Made by a program: the position numbers and the translations under genes. Shown here piece by piece: positions 52,158-64,000 of a DNA stretch of 64,000 nt. Under the pieces are notes generated by a model. It was given only the letters and a program-made list of their open reading frames with translations. It was not told the origin of the DNA and made no database searches. How positions within the stretch are numbered: the first letter of the stretch is position 1; each line of letters begins with the position of its first letter. The stretch is from Argopecten irradians (Eukaryota): positions 61,246,902-61,310,901 of the forward strand of contig NC_091134.1 in assembly GCF_041381155.1 (NCBI RefSeq). The letters run 5' to 3'.

Positions 52158-52582
52158 CCTTATATTTTTTGTATGCATTTAAACTTCACTTTTTAAAATG
52201 TAACTTTAAGTTGAATAAATTTGTTTTTGCACTATTAATTTTGTTTCACCATGTTTTTTTATATAGCATTAACCAAATGCACTTTGAAATAATTGATGAA
52301 ATATATATGTAATAATAGCATAATTAAATGTGAGAATATCAATTTTGCTTTACAAACACGTTACTTGAACCGACCGATAATTATATTTTCCAAACTAAAG
52401 AAGCCATCCCTTCCCATATATGAATTTTATATCGTCAAGTAACATCACACATTCTATCATTTCAGCAATAGTGATAGATGAACTAAATCGGTTTTCAAAG
52501 ATACATGAAATAAGCATATTTTTGTCAACAAATATCAACATGATAAAGCGTAAGACAATATTTGAAGAATGCGTAGCATATC

Positions 52583-52655
52583 GGTTTCGTGGTATAGCGG
52601 TTATCACGTCTGCTTCACACGCAGAAGGTCGCGAGTTCGAACCTCGCCGAAACCT
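52583..52655 (+). tRNA. tRNA-Val (CAC), array unit 1
   Basis: GGTTTCG TG GTAT AGCGGTTA TCAC G TCTGC TTCACAC GCAGA AGGTC GCGAG TTCGAAC CTCGC CGAAACC, anticodon CAC. It carries a D-arm variant (GTATAGCGG). A TTTTATTTTT stretch lies downstream. Confidence 0.9.
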
Positions 52656-54056
52656 CTTTTATTTTTACATAAGAACAAGACATTTTATTTTATTTTCATA
52701 TTAAGGCCTTAATACCAAGTTGATAGGATATCCGCGTTTATTAGCTTCAAATTACAAAATCAACGTTGTTTCTCTCTCTCTCTCTCTTAATTGATAACCG
52801 TATAAGGTGTTAATGTCGATAAGAAAACTCGTCCACATCAGCAGGAATTCGTATTTATACTATCCTTGTATTGCCAGGAATTAAGAAAACAACAACAATA
52901 TTTTAAAGCAAGGCTATATGATATCACAATTTTATAAGAGTGTGCAAAATAGGCAAAACTACATTAGTAACATCAAATTGAAGATTTTCAAAATGAGTAG
53001 CACAATGTATATATTTGTAATACATAAATGATCCTTGGTTCTATTCTATTCGAGGATAAGAACAGAGCGGATAGGACCAGACGGAACGATATCGACACGG
53101 TACATGCTGCATTCATTCCCAACACGCCATGAATAAAAGTCAAAGTATGACACTGCCAAATCAAGAATGATATTCTTCAACAAACCGTCTTCTAGACAGC
53201 AGCTTTCTTGAAATAGATTTTTATTAAGAATTTGTTGTGTAAATTAAATGTTTATTTGACATTACGGGGTCCATCAGGGAGCTGTTTTGACTCTACTTAG
53301 TATCTAATATTAAAATTGACAATAAATTTAATCATTGATTAAGGTTTTTCCTACCATGGCAATAACATGTCAATGAATGTTATTGCTTATCTTCTTGGTT
53401 TCATCTGTTATTTTTATTACTTTATATTGCGCCAATAGCCAGCGTTATAATGTATTTTAATGAGTTTTGGGGCAGAGTGCAACTGCGTAAGCAGAAATCA
53501 ACTACATCGATGTCCGAGATATGCAGGTTGGTAAAGAAGACTGCAGCAAAGCTTATTGGTCGATATAATTATCTCACCGGTACATCCTATGTTGTCATTT
53601 GGCAGAATAGGTCAGACTTGCTTACTATTTCCCTTGCTGTGCATTTTGCTGCTGTTTTATCAACAATTGTTGACGATAGGGCTTGAGTGAATTAAAAACC
53701 AAACCGCTGTTCATTTGGTTATACAACAATGTATTGCTGAATCTGGACTTGATTGAGAAGACAACTTTTTACTCCATCAGAGAATCTGCTTTTTTTCTTC
53801 ATTCCCCTCTCGAGAAATGTCCCTATCCAAATCAATCTTAGCTCATATCTGCTATTAAATTAAAATGGTTAGTTTGTATATGTGTCGTTTAACGTTTTCG
53901 TGTTTTCCCGTTTTGTTTCTTAATAAATCATTCATATCTATACTTGATCATATATAATACAAAATGTTCTATGTCGATATGAAATATTGATGCAGAAGGG
54001 ATAGCATAAAATGGAGTAACTTACAAGGCGTCTATTTGCTCTACTGATGGTAACGA

Positions 54057-54129
54057 GGTTCCGTGGTGTAGTGGTTATCACGTCTGCTTAACACGCAGAA
54101 GGTCACGAGTTCGAAACTCGTCGGAACCT
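54057..54129 (+). tRNA. tRNA-Val (AAC), unit 2
   Basis: Same sequence as 51826. Confidence 0.9.
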
Positions 54130-54317
54130 GCAATTATTTTTATTGCATTTAACTAAATTATTTTCTCTATTCTTTGTGAAAAGAACCAATGCAAATTTCA
54201 AAACTTTCTTTCAAAACAGAATTAAATTCAAATATTTTTCTTTTCCAGTTAAAAAACTCCTAGGGAAAAGAATGTGAAACAAATACTATTGATATCTGGG
54301 CAGTGCATTAAGAAATC

Positions 54318-54390
54318 GGTTTCGTGGTGTAGTGGTTATCACGTCTGCTTTACACGCAGAAGGTCGCGAGTTCGAACCTCGCCGAAACCT
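54318..54390 (+). tRNA. tRNA-Val (TAC), unit 2
   Basis: Same sequence as 52085. Confidence 0.9.
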
Positions 54391-54816
54391 CCTTATATTT
54401 TTTGTATGCATTTAAACTTCACTTTTTAAAATGTAACTTTAAGTTGAATAAATTTTGTTTTTGCACTATTAATTTTGTTTCACCATGTTTTTTTATATAG
54501 CATTAACCAAATGCACTTTGAAATAATTGATGAAATATATATGTAATAATAGCATAATTAAATGTGAGAATATCAATTTTGCTTTACAAACACGTTACTT
54601 GAACCGACCGATAATTATATTTTCCAAACTAAAGAAGCCATCCCTTCCCATATATGAATTTTATATCGTTAAGTAACATCACACATTCTATCATTTCAGC
54701 AATAGTGATAGATGAACTAAATCGGTTTTCAAAGATACATGAAATAAGCATATTTTTGTCAACAAATATCAACATGATAAAGCGTAAGACAATATTTGAA
54801 GAATGCGTAGCATATC

Positions 54817-54889
54817 GGTTTCGTGGTATAGCGGTTATCACGTCTGCTTCACACGCAGAAGGTCGCGAGTTCGAACCTCGCCGAAACCT
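54817..54889 (+). tRNA. tRNA-Val (CAC), unit 2
   Basis: Same sequence as 52583. The position was cross-checked against the in-frame ORF 54654..54938 (residue R55). Confidence 0.9.
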
Positions 54890-56293
54890 CTTTTATTTTT
54901 ACATAAGAACAAGACATTTTATTTTATTTTCATATTAAGGCCTTAATACCAAGTTGATAGGATATCCGCGTTTATTAGCTTCAAATTACAAAATCAACGT
55001 TGTTTCTCTCTCTCTCTCTCTCTTAATTGATAACCGTATAAGGTGTTAATGTCGATAAGAAAACTCGTCCACATCAGCAGGAATTCGTATTTATACTATC
55101 CTTGTATTGCCAGGAATTAAGAAAACAACAACAATATTTTAAAGCAAGGCTATATGATATCACAATTTTATAAGAGTGTGCAAAATAGGCAAAACTACAT
55201 TAGTAACATCAAATTGAAGATTTTCAAAATGAGTAGCACAATGTATATATTTGTAATACATAAATGATCCTTGGTTCTATTCTATTCGAGGATAAGAAAC
55301 AGAGCGGATAGGACCAGACGGAACGATATCGACACGGTACATGCTGCATTCATTCCCAACACGCCATGAATAAAAGTCAAAGTATGACACTGCCAAATCA
55401 AGAATGATATTCTTCAACAAACCGTCTTCTAGACAGCAGCTTGCTTGAAATAGATTTTTATTAAGAATTTGTTGTGTAAATTAAATGTTGATTTGACATT
55501 ACGGGGTCCATCAGGGAGCTGTTTTGACTCTACTTAGTATCTAATATTAAAATTGACAATAAATTTAATCATTGATTAAGGTTTTTCCTACCATGGCAAT
55601 AACATGTCAATGAATGTTATTGCTTATCTTCTTGGTTTCATCTGTTATTTTTATTACTTTATATTGCGCCAATAGCCAGCGTTATAATGTATTTTAATGA
55701 GTTTTGGGGCAGAGTGCAACTGCGTAAGCAGAAATCAACTACATCGATGTCCGAGATATGCAGGTTGGTAAAGAAGACTGCAGCAAAGCTTATTGGTCGA
55801 TATAATTATCTCACCGGTACATCCTATGTTGTCATTTGGCAGAATAGGTCAGACTTGCTTACTATTTCCCTTGCTGTGCATTTTGCTGCTGTTTTATCAA
55901 CAATTGTTGACGATAGGGCTTGAGTGAATTAAAAACCAAACCGCTGTTCATTTGGTTATACAACAATGTATTGCTGAATCTGGACTTGATTGAGAAGACA
56001 ACTTTTTACTCCATCAGAGAATCTGCTTTTTTTCTTCATTCCCCTCTCGAGAAATGTCCCTATCCAAATCAATCTTAGCTCATATCTGCTATTAAATTAA
56101 AATGGTTAGTTTGTATATGTGTCGTTTAACGTTTTCGTGTTTTCCCGTTTTGTTTCTTAATAAATCATTCATATCTATACTTGATCATATATAATACAAA
56201 ATGTTCTATGTCGATATGAAATATTGATGCAGAAGGGATAGCATAAAATGGAGTAACTTACAAGGCGTCTATTTGCTCTACTGATGGTAACGA

Positions 56294-56366
56294 GGTTCCG
56301 TGGTGTAGTGGTTATCACGTCTGCTTAACACGCAGAAGGTCACGAGTTCGAAACTCGTCGGAACCT
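56294..56366 (+). tRNA. tRNA-Val (AAC), unit 3
   Basis: Same sequence as 51826. Confidence 0.9.
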
Positions 56367-56552
56367 GCAATTATTTTTATTGCATTTAACTAAATTATTT
56401 TCTCTATTCTTTGTCAAAAGAACCAATGCAAATTCAAACTTTCTTTCAAAACAGAATTAAATTCAAATATTTTTCTTTTCCAGTTAAAAAACTCCTAGGG
56501 AAAAGAATGTGAAACAAATACTATTGATATCTGGGCAGTGCATTAAGAAATC

Positions 56553-56625
56553 GGTTTCGTGGTGTAGTGGTTATCACGTCTGCTTTACACGCAGAAGGTC
56601 GCGAGTTCGAACCTCGCCGAAACCT
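56553..56625 (+). tRNA. tRNA-Val (TAC), unit 3
   Basis: Same sequence as 52085. Confidence 0.9.
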
Positions 56626-57055
56626 CCTTATATTTTTTGTATGCATTTAAACTTCACTTTTTAAAATGTAACTTTAAGTTGAATAAATTTGTTTTTTGCA
56701 CTATTAATTTTGTTTCACCATGTTTTTTTTATATAGCATTAACCAAATGCACTTTGAAATAATTGATGATGAAATATATATGTAATAATAGCATAATTAA
56801 ATGTGAGAATATCAATTTTGCTTTACAAACACGTTACTTGAACCGACCGATAATTATATTTTCCAAACTAAAGAAGCCATCCCTTCCCATATATGAATTT
56901 TATATCGTCAAGTAACATCACACATTCTATCATTTCAGCAATAGTGATAGATGAACTAAATCGGTTTTCAAAGATACATGAAATAAGCATATTTTTGTCA
57001 ACAAATATCAACATGATAAAGCGTAAGACAATATTTGAAGAATGCGTAGCATATC

Positions 57056-57128
57056 GGTTTCGTGGTATAGCGGTTATCACGTCTGCTTCACACGCAGAAG
57101 GTCGCGAGTTCGAACCTCGCCGAAACCT
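57056..57128 (+). tRNA. tRNA-Val (CAC), unit 3
   Basis: Same sequence as 52583. The position was cross-checked against ORF 56893..57177. Confidence 0.9.
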
Positions 57129-58528
57129 CTTTTATTTTTACATAAGAACAAGACATTTTATTTTATTTTCATATTAAAATTGACAATAAAGTTGATAGGA
57201 TATCCGCGTTTATTAGCTTCAAAATTACAAAATCAACGTTGTTTCTCTCTCTCTCTCTTAATTGATAACCGTATAAGGTGTTAATGTCGATAAGAAAACT
57301 CGTCCACATCAGCAGGAATTCGTATTTATACTATCCTTGTATTGCCAGGAATTAAGAAAACAACAACAATATTTTAAAGCAAGGCTATATGATATCACAA
57401 TTTTATAAGAGTGTGCAAAATAGGCAAAACTACATTAGTAACATCAAATTGAAGATTTTCAAAATGAGTAGCACAATGTATATATTTGTAAAACATAAAT
57501 GATCCTTGGTTCTATTCTATTCGAGGATAAGAACAGAGCGGATAGGACCAGACGGAACGATATCGACACGGTACATGCTGCATTCATTCCCAACACGCCA
57601 TGAATAAAAGTCAAAGTATGACACTGCCAAATCAAGAATGATATTCTTCAACAAACCGTCTTCTAGACAGCAGCTTGCTTGAAATAGATTTTTATTAAGA
57701 ATTTGTTGTGTAAATTAAATGTTGATTTGACATTACGGGGTCCATCAGGGAGCTGTTTTGACTCTACTTAGTATCTAATATTAAAATTGACAATAAATTT
57801 AATCATTGATTAAGGTTTTTCCTACCATGGCAATAACATGTCAATGAATGTTATTGCTTATCTTCTTGGTTTCATCTGTTATTTTTATTACTTTATATTG
57901 CGCCAATAGCCAGCGTTATAATGTATTTTAATGAGTATTGGGGCAGAGTGCAACTGCGTAAGCAGAAATCAACTACATCGATGTCCGAGATATGCAGGTT
58001 GGTAAAGAAGACTGCAGCAAAGCTTATTGGTCGATATAATTATCTCACCGGTACATCCTATGTTGTCATTTGGCAGAATAGGTCAGACTTGCTTACTATT
58101 TCCCTTGCTGTGCATTTTGCTGCTGTTTTATCAACAATTGTTGACGATAGGGCTTGAGTGAATTAAAAACCAAACCGCTGTTCATTTGGTTATACAACAA
58201 TGTATTGCTGAATCTGGACTTGATTGAGAAGACAACTTTTTACTCCATCAGAGAATCCTCTTTTTTTTCTTCATTCCCCTCTCGAGAAATGTCCCTATCC
58301 AAATCAATCTTAGCTCATATCTGCTATTAAATTAAAATGGTTAGTTTGTATATGTGTCGTTTAACGTTTTCGTGTTTTCCCGTTTTGTTTCTTAATAAAT
58401 CATTCATATCTATACTTGATCATATATAATACAAAATGTTCTATGTCGATATGAAATATTGATGCAGAAGGGATAGCATAAAATGGAGTAACTTACAAGG
58501 CGTCTATTTGCTCTACTGATGGTAACGA

Positions 58529-58601
58529 GGTTCCGTGGTGTAGTGGTTATCACGTCTGCTTAACACGCAGAAGGTCACGAGTTCGAAACTCGTCGGAACC
58601 T
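58529..58601 (+). tRNA. tRNA-Val (AAC), unit 4
   Basis: Same sequence as 51826. Confidence 0.9.
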
Positions 58602-58788
58602 GCAATTATTTTTATTGCATTTAACTAAATTATTTTCTCTATTCTTTGTCAAAAGAACCAATGCAAATTTAAACTTTCTTTCAAAACAGAATTAAATTCA
58701 AATATTTTTCTTTTCCAGTTAAAAAAACTCCTAGGGAAAAGAATGTGAAACAAATACTATTGATATCTGGGCAGTGCATTAAGAAATC

Positions 58789-58861
58789 GGTTTCGTGGTG
58801 TAGTGGTTATCACGTCTGCTTTACACGCAGAAGGTCGCGAGTTCGAACCTCGCCGAAACCT
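58789..58861 (+). tRNA. tRNA-Val (TAC), unit 4
   Basis: Same sequence as 52085. Confidence 0.9.
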
Positions 58862-59288
58862 CCTTATATTTTTTGTATGCATTTAAACTTCACTTTTTAA
58901 AATGTAACTTTAAGTTGAATAAATTTTTTTTTGCACTATTAATTTTGTTCCACCATGTTTTTTTTTATATAGGATTAACCAAATGCACTTTGAAATAATT
59001 GATGAAATATATATGTAATAATAGCATAATTAAATGTGAGAATATCAATTTTGCTTTACAAACACGTTACTTGAACCGACCGATAATTATATTTTCCAAA
59101 CTAAAGAAGCCATCCCTTCCCATATATGAATTTTATATCGTCAAGTAACATCACACATTCTATCATTTCAGCAATAGTGATAGATGAACTAAATCGGTTT
59201 TCAAAGATACATGAAATAAGCATATTTTTGTCAACAAATATCAACATGATAAAGCGTAAGACAATATTTGAAGAATGCGTAGCATATC

Positions 59289-59361
59289 GGTTTCGTGGTA
59301 TAGCGGTTATCACGTCTGCTTCACACGCAGAAGGTCGCGAGTTCGAACCTCGCCGAAACCT
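59289..59361 (+). tRNA. tRNA-Val (CAC), unit 4
   Basis: Same sequence as 52583. The position was cross-checked against ORF 59126..59410. Confidence 0.9.
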
Positions 59362-60762
59362 CTTTTATTTTTACATAAGAACAAGACATTTTATTTTATT
59401 TTCATATTAAGGCCTTAATACCAAGTTGATAGGATATCCGCGTTTATTAGCTTCAAATTACAAAATCAACGTTGTTTCTCTCTCTCTCTCTCTTAATTGA
59501 TAACCGTATAAGGTGTTAATGTCGATAAGAAAACTCGTCCACATCAGCAGGAATTCGTATTTATACTATCCTTGTATTGCCAGGAATTAAGAAAACAACA
59601 ACAATATTTTAAAGCAAGGCTATATGATATCACAATTTTATAAGAGTGTGCAAAATAGGCAAAACTACATTAGTAACATCAAATTGAAGATTTTCAAAAT
59701 GAGTAGCACAATGTATATGTTTGTAATACATAAATGATCCTTGGTTCTATTCTATTCGAGGATAAGAACAGAGCGGATAGGACCAGACGGAACGATATCG
59801 ACACGGTACATGCTGCATTCATTCCCAACACGCCATGAATAAAAGTCAAAGTATGACACTGCCAAATCAAGAATGATATTCTTCAACAAACCGTCTTCTA
59901 GACAGCAGCTTGCTTGAAATAGATTTTTATAAAGAATTTGTTGTGTAAATTAAATGTTGATTTGACATTACGGGGTCCATCAGGGAGCTGTTTTGACTCT
60001 ACTTAGTATCTAATATTAAAATTGACAATAAATTTAATCATTGATTAAGGTTTTTCCTACCATGGCAATAACATGTCAATGAATGTTATTGCTTATCTTC
60101 TTGGTTTCATCTGTTATTTTTATTACTTTATATTGCGCCAATAGCCAGCGTTATAATGTATTTTAATGAGTTTTGGGGCAGAGTGCAACTGCGTAAGCAG
60201 AAATCAACTACATCGATGTCCGAGATATGCAGGTTGGTAAAGAAGACTGCAGCAAAGCTTATTGGTCGATATAATTATCTCACCGGTACATCCTATGTTG
60301 TCATTTGGCAGAATAGGTCAGACTTGCTTACTATTTCCCTTGCTGTGCATTTTGCTGCTGTTTTATCAACAATTGTTGACGATAGGGCTTGAGTGAATTA
60401 AAAACCAAACCGCTGTTCATTTGGTTATACAACAATGTATTGCTGAATCTGGACTTGATTGAGAAGACAACTTTTTACTCCATCAGAGAATCTGCTTTTT
60501 TTCTTCATTCCCCTCTCGAGAAATGTCCCTATCCAAATCAATCTTAGCTCATATCTGCTATTAAATTAAAATGGTTAGTTTGTATATGTGTCGTTTAACG
60601 TTTTCGTGTTTTCCCGTTTTGTTTCTTAATAAATCATTCATATCTATACTTGATCATATATAATACAAAATGTTCTATGTCGATATGAAATATTGATGCA
60701 GAAGGGATAGCATAAAATGGAGTAACTTACAAGGCGTCTATTTGCTCTACTGATGGTAACGA

Positions 60763-60836
60763 GGTTTCCGTGGTGTAGTGGTTATCACGTCTGCTTAACA
60801 CGCAGAAGGTCACGAGTTCGAAACTCGTCGGAACCT
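60763..60836 (+). tRNA. tRNA-Val (AAC), unit 5. This is a variant copy with a 1-nt T insertion in the 5' acceptor stem (GGTTTCCG).
   Basis: GAGGTTTCCGTGGTGTAG versus GAGGTTCCGTGGTGTAG in the other copies. The rest is identical. The insertion is predicted to disturb acceptor pairing at positions 5-7. Confidence 0.7.
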
Positions 60837-61022
60837 GCAATTATTTTTATTGCATTTAACTAAATTATTTTCTCTATTCTTTGTCAAAAGAACCAATGCA
60901 AATTCAAACTTTCTTTCAAAACAGAATTAAATTCAAATATTTTTCTTTTCCAGTTAAAAAACTCCTAGGGAAAAGAATGTGAAACAAATACTATTGATAT
61001 CTGGGCAGTGCATTAAGAAATC

Positions 61023-61095
61023 GGTTTCGTGGTGTAGTGGTTATCACGTCTGCTTTACACGCAGAAGGTCGCGAGTTCGAACCTCGCCGAAACCT
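61023..61095 (+). tRNA. tRNA-Val (TAC), unit 5
   Basis: Same sequence as 52085. Confidence 0.9.
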
Positions 61096-61520
61096 CCTTA
61101 TATTTTTTGTATGCATTTAAACTTCACTTTTTAAAATGTAACTTTAAGTTGAATAAATTTGTTTTTGCACTATTAATTTTGTTTCACCATGTTTTTTTAT
61201 ATAGCATTAACCAAATGCACTTTGAAATAATTGATGAAATATATATGTAATAATAGCATAATTAAATGTGAGAATATCAATTTTGCTTTACAAACACGTT
61301 ACTTGAACCGACCGATAATTATATTTTCCAAACTAAAGAAGCCATCCCTTCCCATATATGAATTTTATATCGTCAAGTAACATCACACATTCTATCATTT
61401 CAGCAATAGTGATAGATGAACTAAATCGGTTTTCAAAGATACATGAAATAAGCATATTTTTGTCAACAAATATCAACATGATAAAGCGTAAGACAATATT
61501 TGAAGAATGCGTAGCATATC

Positions 61521-61593
61521 GGTTTCGTGGTATAGCGGTTATCACGTCTGCTTCACACGCAGAAGGTCGCGAGTTCGAACCTCGCCGAAACCT
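61521..61593 (+). tRNA. tRNA-Val (CAC), unit 5
   Basis: Same sequence as 52583. The position was cross-checked against ORF 61358..61642. Confidence 0.9.
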
Positions 61594-63000
61594 CTTTTAT
61601 TTTTACATAAGAACAAGACATTTTATTTTATTTTCATATTAAGGCCTTAATACCAAGTTGATAGGATATCCGCGTTTATTAGCTTCAAATTACAAAATCA
61701 ACGTTTTTCTCTCTCTCTCTCTCTCTTAATTGATAACCGTATAAGGTGTTAATGTCGATAAGAAAACTCGTCCACATCAGCAGGAATTCGTATTTATACT
61801 ATCCTTGTATTGCCAGGAATTAAGAAAACAACAACAATATTTTAAAGCAAGGCTATATGATATCACAATTTTATAAGAGTGTGCAAAATAGGCAAAACTA
61901 CATTAGTAACATCAAATTGAAGATTTTCAAAATGAGTAGCACAATGTATATGTTTGTAATACATAAATGATCCTTGGTTCTATTCTATTCGAGGATAAGA
62001 ACAGAGCGGATAGGACCAGACGGAACGATATCGACACGGTACATGCTGCATTCATTCATTCCCAACACGCCATGAATAAAAGTCAAAGTATGACACTGCC
62101 AAATCAAGAATGATATTCTTCAACAAACCGTCTTCTAGACAGCAGCTTGCTTGAAATAGATTTTTATTAAGAATTTGTTGTGTAAATTAAATGTTGATTT
62201 GACATTACGGGGTCCATCAGGGAGCTGTTTTGACTCTACTTATTATCTAATATTAAAATTGACAATAAATTTAATCATTGATTAAGGTTTTTCCTACCAT
62301 GGCAATAACATGTCAATGAATGTTATTGCTTATCTTCTTGGTTTCATCTGTTATTTTTATTACTTTATATTGCGCCAATAGCCAGCGTTATAATGTATTT
62401 TAATGAGTTTTGGGGCAGAGTGCAACTGCGTAAGCAGAAATCAACTACATCGATGTCCGAGATATGCAGGTTGGTAAAGAAGACTGCAGCAAAGCTTATT
62501 GGTCGATATAATTATCTCACCGGTACATCCTATGTTGTCATTTGGCAGAATAGGTCAGACTTGCTTACTATTTCCCTTGCTGTGCATTTTTGCTGCTGTT
62601 TTATCAACAATTGTTGACGATAGGGCTTGAGTGAATTAAAAACCAAACCGCTGTTCATTTGGTTATACAACAATGTATTGCTGAATCTGGACTTGATTGA
62701 GAAGACAACTTTTTACTCCATCAGAGAATCTGCTTTTTTTCTTCATTCCCCTCTCGAGAAATGTCCCTATCCAAATCAATCTTAGCTCATATCTGCTATT
62801 AAATTAAAATGGTTAGTTTGTATATGTGTCGTTTAACGTTTTCGTGTTTTCCCGTTTTGTTTCTTAATAAATCATTCATATCTATACTTGATCATATATA
62901 ATACAAAATGTTCTATGTCGATATGAAATATTGATGCAGAAGGGATAGCATAAAATGGAGTAACTTACAAGGCGTCTATTTGCTCTACTGATGGTAACGA

Positions 63001-63073
63001 GGTTCCGTGGTGTAGTGGTTATCACGTCTGCTTAACACGCAGAAGGTCACGAGTTCGAAACTCGTCGGAACCT
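63001..63073 (+). tRNA. tRNA-Val (AAC), unit 6
   Basis: Same sequence as 51826. Confidence 0.9.
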
Positions 63074-63259
63074 GCAATTATTTTTATTGCATTTAACTAA
63101 ATTATTTTCTCTATTCTTTGTCAAAAGAACCAATGCAAATTCAAACTTTCTTTCAAAACAGAATTAAATTCAAATATTTTTCTTTTCCAGTTAAAAAACT
63201 CCTAGGGAAAAGAATGTGAAACAAATACTATTGATATCTGGGCAGTGCATTAAGAAATC

Positions 63260-63332
63260 GGTTTCGTGGTGTAGTGGTTATCACGTCTGCTTTACACGCA
63301 GAAGGTCGCGAGTTCGAACCTCGCCGAAACCT
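63260..63332 (+). tRNA. tRNA-Val (TAC), unit 6
   Basis: Same sequence as 52085. Confidence 0.9.
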
Positions 63333-63758
63333 CCTTATATTTTTTGTATGCATTTAAACTTCACTTTTTAAAATGTAACTTTAAGTTGAATAAATTTGTT
63401 TTTGCACTATTAATTTTGTTTCACCATGTTTTTTTTATATAGCATTAACCAAATGCACTTTGAAATAATTGATGAAATATATATGTAATAATAGCATAAT
63501 TAAATGTGAGAATATCAATTTTGCTTTACAAACACGTTACTTGAACCGACCGATAATTATATTTTCCAAACTAAAGAAGCCATCCCTTCCCATATATGAA
63601 TTTTATATCGTCAAGTAACATCACACATTCTATCATTTCAGCAATAGTGATAGATGAACTAAATCGGTTTTCAAAGATACATGAAATAAGCATATTTTTG
63701 TCAACAAATATCAACATGATAAAGCGTAAGACAATATTTGAAGAATGCGTAGCATATC

Positions 63759-63831
63759 GGTTTCGTGGTATAGCGGTTATCACGTCTGCTTCACACGCAG
63801 AAGGTCGCGAGTTCGAACCTCGCCGAAACCT
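63759..63831 (+). tRNA. tRNA-Val (CAC), unit 6
   Basis: Same sequence as 52583. The position was cross-checked against ORF 63596..63880. Confidence 0.9.
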
Positions 63832-64000
63832 CTTTTATTTTTACATAAGAACAAGACATTTTATTTTATTTTCATATTAAGGCCTTAATACCAAGTTGAT
63901 AGGATATCCGCGTTTATTAGCTTCAAATTACAAAATCAACGTTGTTTTCTCTCTCTCTCTCTCTTAATTGATAACCGTATAAGGTGTTAATGTCGATAAG

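Larger units (their letters stand above)
50630..64000. repeat. Tandem array of ~2.235-kb units, each with three tRNA-Val genes (AAC, TAC, CAC) and an internal (CT)n run. There are at least 6 units and the array continues past the window end. A truncated, diverged partial unit without tRNAs lies at ~50280-50630.
   Basis: Unit landmarks recur with periods 2234, 2239, 2233, 2232 and 2238 bp (ORF-track copies at 52420, 54654, 56893, 59126, 61358, 63596). Units are about 99% identical. In each unit AAC to TAC is ~259-261 bp and TAC to CAC is ~498-503 bp. Confidence 0.9.

Noticed and set aside
52420-52704. Recurrent 94-aa (+), 70-aa (-) and 78-aa (+) ORFs in every tRNA array unit (e.g. 52420..52704, 52395..52607, 53450..53686)
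   Set aside because: They recur only because the 2.2-kb units are ~99% identical. The 94-aa frame contains the tRNA-Val(CAC) gene itself. There is no splice or codon-usage support.

Overview
This window is eukaryotic nuclear DNA, most likely from a marine invertebrate such as a bivalve mollusc. The evidence is GT-AG introns, Pol III tRNA genes with T-run terminators, AATAAA signals, abundant microsatellites and the gene families present. All gene models were built by hand from the six-frame ORF track, splice signals, intron phase and comparison between paralogs. No database search was run. The window contains, in order: (i) 0.66-20.63 kb: four paralogous 9-exon genes for secreted proteins. 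Each has a signal peptide, a dystroglycan-type cadherin-like (He_PIG-like) domain, an EGF domain and a discoidin (F5/8 type C) domain. They form two head-to-head gene pairs (- + / - +), which looks like a duplicated inverted pair. (ii) 21.75-22.40 kb: a ~160-bp satellite. (iii) 24.09-30.63 kb (possibly to 31.13 kb), minus strand: a multi-exon gene for an atypical Rab32/38-like small-GTPase domain fused to a coiled-coil C-terminus with CxxC...CxxC. Its introns carry a 54-bp x14 tandem repeat, a ~100-bp foldback inverted repeat and a tRNA-like SINE fragment. (iv) two solo tRNA-Val genes at 32.7 and 33.1 kb, and a compound (AC)n/(ACAT)n microsatellite at 34.2-34.5 kb. (v) 36.4-49.7 kb: a tandem cluster of three cGAS-like receptor (cGLR, Mab-21-type nucleotidyltransferase) paralogs on the minus strand. 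Each has a ~1.9-2.0 kb coding exon 1, and one copy carries two frameshifts. This is the most interesting system in the window. (vi) 50.3-64.0 kb: a tandem array of at least 6 near-identical ~2.235-kb units. Each unit carries tRNA-Val(AAC), tRNA-Val(TAC) and tRNA-Val(CAC), and the array runs off the window end. This gives 20 tRNA-Val genes in total, which bracket the cGLR cluster.
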